This document shows, piece by piece, positions 60,137 through 64,000 of a stretch of DNA of 64,000 bases. Numbering within the stretch: position 1 is the stretch's first letter; each line of letters begins with the position of its first letter. The notes below the pieces were generated by a model. It saw only the letters and a list, made by a program, of their open reading frames with translations, was not told where the DNA came from and searched no databases. The position numbers were made by a program, and so were the translations under genes. The stretch comes from an uncultured Bacilli bacterium (GTDB lineage: Bacteria; Bacillota_I; Bacilli_A; RF39; UBA660): the NCBI GenBank assembly GCA_944363935.1, contig CALVVT010000073.1:4226-68225 (forward strand), written 5' to 3'.

Positions 60137-62094
60137 TTATAGACTTAACTGGTACGGACTTGAACTTGAACCATTCCCCGAAGTTATTTTGACATTTGGG
60201 GATAAGGTTGCTACAGGGCGGACGCCGAATGAAAAACCGCTACTTCCAGTAGTTGACATATTTCCTTTAGAAGTTATATAAATTGCAAAGGACACATATG
60301 GGTTTATTGTCCAATAATTTGTGCTATTAAATAAATAGTTTGTTAAATTACATTCATCATAATTATTACGTAACAAATTATTATTACTACATTTTTCAGT
60401 ATTAGAATTTGCCCGTAAATAATCACTAAAATTAATTAGTCCTACCTTTCCTTCCCATATATCACTATTTTCAATTGGAATAATTTCTTTTAATTCATAA
60501 TTAAACATCCCATTTTCATTTCCTATACCATAACCGTAATTAATTATTTGGTTTTGTGATAACAAGGTTAATTCATTACTATAATATTCTGTATTTAAAT
60601 ATGTATTTAATGTTGCTGTCCTCCATCTATCAGAATCCGCTTCATTCCATACCATATTATTAATAATATCTTTTTTTACTATTTTTATAGTGTTATCATT
60701 TGTATTAATTCGCACTATTCTCCATAGCTCATCATTAAAATTAATATAATTGTTTGGATTAGTTCCCCGATATGTATACACATTCTCTTCATATGAGTCT
60801 TTATATAACCCATCTCCACTTGTCACTAGTTGGAGACTATCAATAAATTCTTCCACTGTTTGTGGTATTGTTATATTATATGATGCACTTTCCATATTAA
60901 CACCATCACTTACTCTGGCTACTAATGTACCACTTTCCGTAAATTCTACTTCTTGATTTTGAGTTGCTGCAGTCCATGTACCATTATCTTTTTGATACTC
61001 GTATGTTAATCCTTCTCCTTCTGGATATGTTATAGTAACAGTTTTTCCATTATCTGTTTCTTCTTCACTAAAGGTCGGTACATTTAATTCTTTCGTACTT
61101 ACATTATATTCTTCACTTTCTACTTGTAGGTTATCTCTATTGGTTACTCTTACTTTTATTTTATGACTTGTATTTTGAGTAAGTCCTGTAAAGGTATATG
61201 TATTACTATCACCTGTTATATATTCCTCATTATCTATTTTATATTCGTATTTTACTATTTCTCCATCTTCTTCTATAGCTGTAGTTACAACGGTTATAGA
61301 ACTCGTTGTACTACTGGTACTTACATTATTTATAACTGGAGGCGTTGTATCTATTTTTCTAAATATCGCATAAAGTGTTACATTATTACTTGGCATACTT
61401 AAACTTTCTAAACCTACTGTTGCTCCTTTATCCGTATTCCATCCCATAAATTCATAGCCTGCTTTAGTTGCTGTATATTCTAAATTAACATTACTTCCTT
61501 CGGCTACATAATCATTTATAGCATTTGTGCTTTCTCCGCCATTAGTACTATAATCATAAGTTACATAATAATCATTAGCTGGTAAAGGATTATCACTATC
61601 TTGAGCTACATCTATACTTATATCTAAATCGACACTTATATTTTCTTCGATACTTGTTACATCACTATTAAATTCTACTTTAACTTGTAACTCTTTTGTT
61701 TCTTTACCTTTGATTACATCTCCTTTAGTTAGTCCTGATAAAGTAAAGGTTATATACTTATTTTCTTTATAATAAGTATTTATTTTCTCTATTCTCGCAT
61801 CTACACTTCCTCTATTTTCTATAGTTACTGTATATAATGCATAATCTCCAGGTCTTTTTAAACCAGTACTAAATGATGCATATAGTCCATTAGTATTATC
61901 ATAACTTGGTTCTTCGATATCTTCAGCTCCATGTAACTCACTTTCTATATTAGTTATTCTAACATCCCAGGTACTTGTTATATTACTTGTTCCTGTTATA
62001 TTTAATTTACTACTAAAGGCTGCATATCCTATTCCCATTAATACTAATATAGAACATAGCCCTACTATAATTAAATTATTTTTTTAGTTCGCAT
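60137..62094 (-). pseudogene. GIGYAAF-family large surface protein; paralog of the DGR target. The signal-peptide region is frameshifted at an A7 tract, a candidate phase-variable switch
   Basis: ATG (rc 62092-62094) with RBS GGAGGA gives MRTKKII then a stop. One extra A in the A7 run (fwd T7, 62079-62085) would give MRTKKNNLIIVGLCSILVLMGIGYAAF..., in frame with the 633-aa ORF. The C-terminus has FGVRPV and GNGSSSSPYQLSL. Confidence 0.7.
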
Positions 62095-62134
62095 AAAGCG
62101 TCCTCCTACTTCCTATTATATTTTTTTATCTTAT

Positions 62135-62449
62135 TTGAATTACATCACATGCGTGGACTATTTGTCCATATATAAAAATAAGATTTTTCGAGATAATAAA
62201 GATAGGTGGTGGCGGATTATGAAACATGATGATAATTATTATTATAATATTATTAGAAATAATATTAAAAAATATAGAAAAAAAGCTAATTTAACTCAAC
62301 AAGAACTAGCTGATAAAGCTGGTATAACTATGAACTATATTGCTAAAATAGAAAGTCAAAAAATGCAAAGAGGTTTTAGCATTGTTATACTTGGTAGAAT
62401 AGCTGATGCTTTAAATATAGATATTAAATTATTATTTGAAAATAATTAA
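62135..62449 (+). CDS. XRE-family HTH regulator (104 aa), divergent from the frameshifted family gene
   Basis: LTQQELADKAGITMNYIAKIE helix-turn-helix. Confidence 0.75.
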   Translation: MNYITCVDYLSIYKNKIFRDNKDRWWRIMKHDDNYYYNIIRNNIKKYRKKANLTQQELADKAGITMNYIAKIESQKMQRGFSIVILGRIADALNIDIKLLFENN

Positions 62450-62508
62450 AATAGGATAGCCTTTAAACTATCCTATTTTTATATATAATTATAAAAAAAA
62501 GAAGAAAA

Positions 62509-63762
62509 TTAATCTTCTTTTAAAACATCTATAGCTTTACGCATTTTTAAATCGTATTTAACCATATCTAAACCACCAAAAGTTTTAAGAAATTCGTCTT
62601 TTTCCATGCCATAATTTTCAGCTAATTCTTTAGCTCTTTCTTCAGCTTCTTTATCAGAAACTTCAATTTTTTCTTGTTTAGCGATTTCTTCAAGCATTAA
62701 ACGTTCTTTAACTCTTTTTTCAGCACCTGGACGCATTTCTTCTCTTAATCTTTCTTCGTCGCCACCAGTAATTTTAAATAAAGTTTGTAAATCTAATCCT
62801 TGAGATTTCATGTATTCACTATATTGTGATACCATTCTACTAGTTTCTTCTTCAATCATAACTCCTGGAATTTCAACTTTAGTGTTTTCCGCTGCTTTAT
62901 TAAGTAATTCGTCAATATATTTATTTTCAAATTCAGCATCTTTACGACTAATAATATTTTCAGAAATATAAGCTTCTAAAGCCTCTTTAGTATCAACACC
63001 TTCAATACCTAAATCTTCAAAGAAATCTTTATCAAGTTCTGGAATATGAACTTCTTTAACCTCATGAACTTTAATTTTGAAGACAGCGTCTTTTCCTTTA
63101 ACATCTTCCGAATGATAATCTTCTGGGAATTTAACATTAATTTCTTTTTCGTCGCCTTCTTTAAGACCAATTAATTGTTCTTCAAAACCAGGAATAAATG
63201 AACCGCTACCAATTTCTAATTCATAGTTTTCTGATTTTCCACCATCAAAAGCTTTACCATCGACAAAACCTTCAAAATCAATAATCGCAATATTGCCATT
63301 TTCAATTGGTCCTTCTTTTAAAACATCTTCGGCAAATCTTTGTCTAGTTTGTTCAATTGTTTCTTTTATTTCTTCTTTAGTAGCTTTAGCTACTTCTTTT
63401 TTTACACCTAAACCTTTATATTTACCTAACTTAACTTCTGGTTTTAAAGTTAAAGTAAATTTAAATTTAATTTTATCGTCATTAACATCCGCTAGTTCCA
63501 TATCCGGTTGCGCTACAACGTCTTCTAAAATATCTTTAGCTTTATCTAACATTTTAGTATAAGCTTCTGATAGAACTAAATCACCAGCTTCAATGTAAAT
63601 ATCCATTTTACCATATTTTTTAATATACATATCTTTAGGTACTTTACCTTTTCTAAAACCATCTACTTTGGCTTCTTTTAATTTTTTAGTATAAGCTTTA
63701 TCTAAAGCTTCTTCCCACTTTTTACCTTTTATTTCAATTGTAATTTCTTTTGTGTTTTTCAT
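62509..63762 (-). CDS. tig: Trigger factor
   Basis: 417 aa with an N-terminal ribosome-binding domain, a PPIase-like middle (GFVDGKAFDGG) and C-terminal arms. Confidence 0.92.
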   Translation of the reverse strand: MKNTKEITIEIKGKKWEEALDKAYTKKLKEAKVDGFRKGKVPKDMYIKKYGKMDIYIEAGDLVLSEAYTKMLDKAKDILEDVVAQPDMELADVNDDKIKFKFTLTLKPEVKLGKYKGLGVKKEVAKATKEEIKETIEQTRQRFAEDVLKEGPIENGNIAIIDFEGFVDGKAFDGGKSENYELEIGSGSFIPGFEEQLIGLKEGDEKEINVKFPEDYHSEDVKGKDAVFKIKVHEVKEVHIPELDKDFFEDLGIEGVDTKEALEAYISENIISRKDAEFENKYIDELLNKAAENTKVEIPGVMIEEETSRMVSQYSEYMKSQGLDLQTLFKITGGDEERLREEMRPGAEKRVKERLMLEEIAKQEKIEVSDKEAEERAKELAENYGMEKDEFLKTFGGLDMVKYDLKMRKAIDVLKED

Positions 63763-63802
63763 ATTATCTTCCTTTCTTCTATATAGTATACCATAAATTT
63801 AA

Positions 63803-64000
63803 CTAAATCCAAACACCAAAACCAATAGACATCATACATAATATAAGACCAACTGTCCAGAAAAGTCTTACAATATCAACTTCACTCCAACCAAGTTTTT
63901 CAAAATGATGGTGAAGTGGCGCCATTTTAAAGACTTTAGTGTGAAATTTTTTTATCGCTATTAACTGGATTATAACACTTAAAGTTTCAACAATAAATAC
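63803..64000 (-). CDS. mraY: Phospho-N-acetylmuramoyl-pentapeptide transferase MraY, C-terminal fragment (5' end beyond the window)
   Basis: Minus-strand translation ...FKMAPLHHHFEKLGWSEVDIVRLFWTVGLILCMMSIGFGVWI then stop matches the MraY C-terminus. Confidence 0.75.
   Translation of the reverse strand, partial: VFIVETLSVIIQLIAIKKFHTKVFKMAPLHHHFEKLGWSEVDIVRLFWTVGLILCMMSIGFGVWI

Noticed and set aside
60221-60340. Second active VR in the 633-aa paralog
   Set aside because: Only the 12-nt GC-rich end matches the TR. Upstream mismatches occur at non-adenine positions, so it is not a current homing target.

Overview
This is a 64 kb window of very AT-rich bacterial chromosome, consistent with a low-GC Bacillota (Firmicutes) genome; standard genetic code (11) was assumed. 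Protein families present include Cse60, TasA/SipW-cognate-like signal peptides, T-box leaders and a CIRCE/HrcA heat-shock operon. Most of it is housekeeping, almost all on the minus strand:
- Start of window: yqeG-yqeH, an MFS-CBS transporter, dacA, a helD-like helicase, a T-box controlling alaS, frr, a sigma factor.
- Heat-shock block: hrcA-grpE-dnaK-pepF-dnaJ with a CIRCE-flanked promoter, then ssb.
- Later: feoAB, a leuS T-box, fic, a GH31-like hydrolase, pyk, an ltaS-like gene, a degenerate GGDEF protein, a ComGC-like pilin, fmt, priA, tig, and mraY at the window edge.

The standout feature is a complete diversity-generating retroelement (DGR) at about 30.4-35.9 kb:
- The reverse transcriptase (30444..31550) carries the DGR-specific 'LPIGNETSQ' motif and YMDD.
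- An unknown membrane protein gene sits between the RT and an Avd-like gene (32172..32525).
- A 110-bp template repeat (TR 32768..32877) is rich in AAC/AAT codons.
- The cognate variable repeat (VR 33055..33164) lies at the 3' end of a ~970-aa secreted surface protein gene (32982..35899).
- All 15 TR/VR mismatches fall on TR adenines of the coding strand, which is the DGR hallmark. Both repeats end in a GC-rich IMH-like element (GGCGTCCGCCC, encoding GVRPV), and two hairpins follow the VR.

The target belongs to a four-member paralog family (131, 115, 633 and ~970 aa). Members share an N-terminus 'M-x-R-x-K-K-N-N...LMGIGYAAFSS-LNITGTSNI' that resembles TasA/SipW-cognate signal peptides, and a C-terminal 'GNGSxxNPYQLS' motif. 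Three of the four are divergently paired with small XRE HTH regulators. The 633-aa paralog carries the GVRPV/IMH-like end but no cognate VR, and its signal-peptide region is frameshifted at an A7 tract (A8 would restore the frame). It is either a phase-variable switch or a pseudogene.

Other items worth a look:
- The leuS T-box appears to drive a fic gene and a small membrane gene before leuS; the alaS T-box drives a dNMP-kinase-like P-loop gene before a C-Ala-less alaS.
- Several tandem-repeat arrays: 20-bp x5.6, 11-bp x5, 51-bp x7.5 (coding), and a 58-60-bp direct repeat flanking helD.
- An attenuator-like leader on the MFS-CBS gene.
- Tandem coiled-coil M23 peptidase paralogs.
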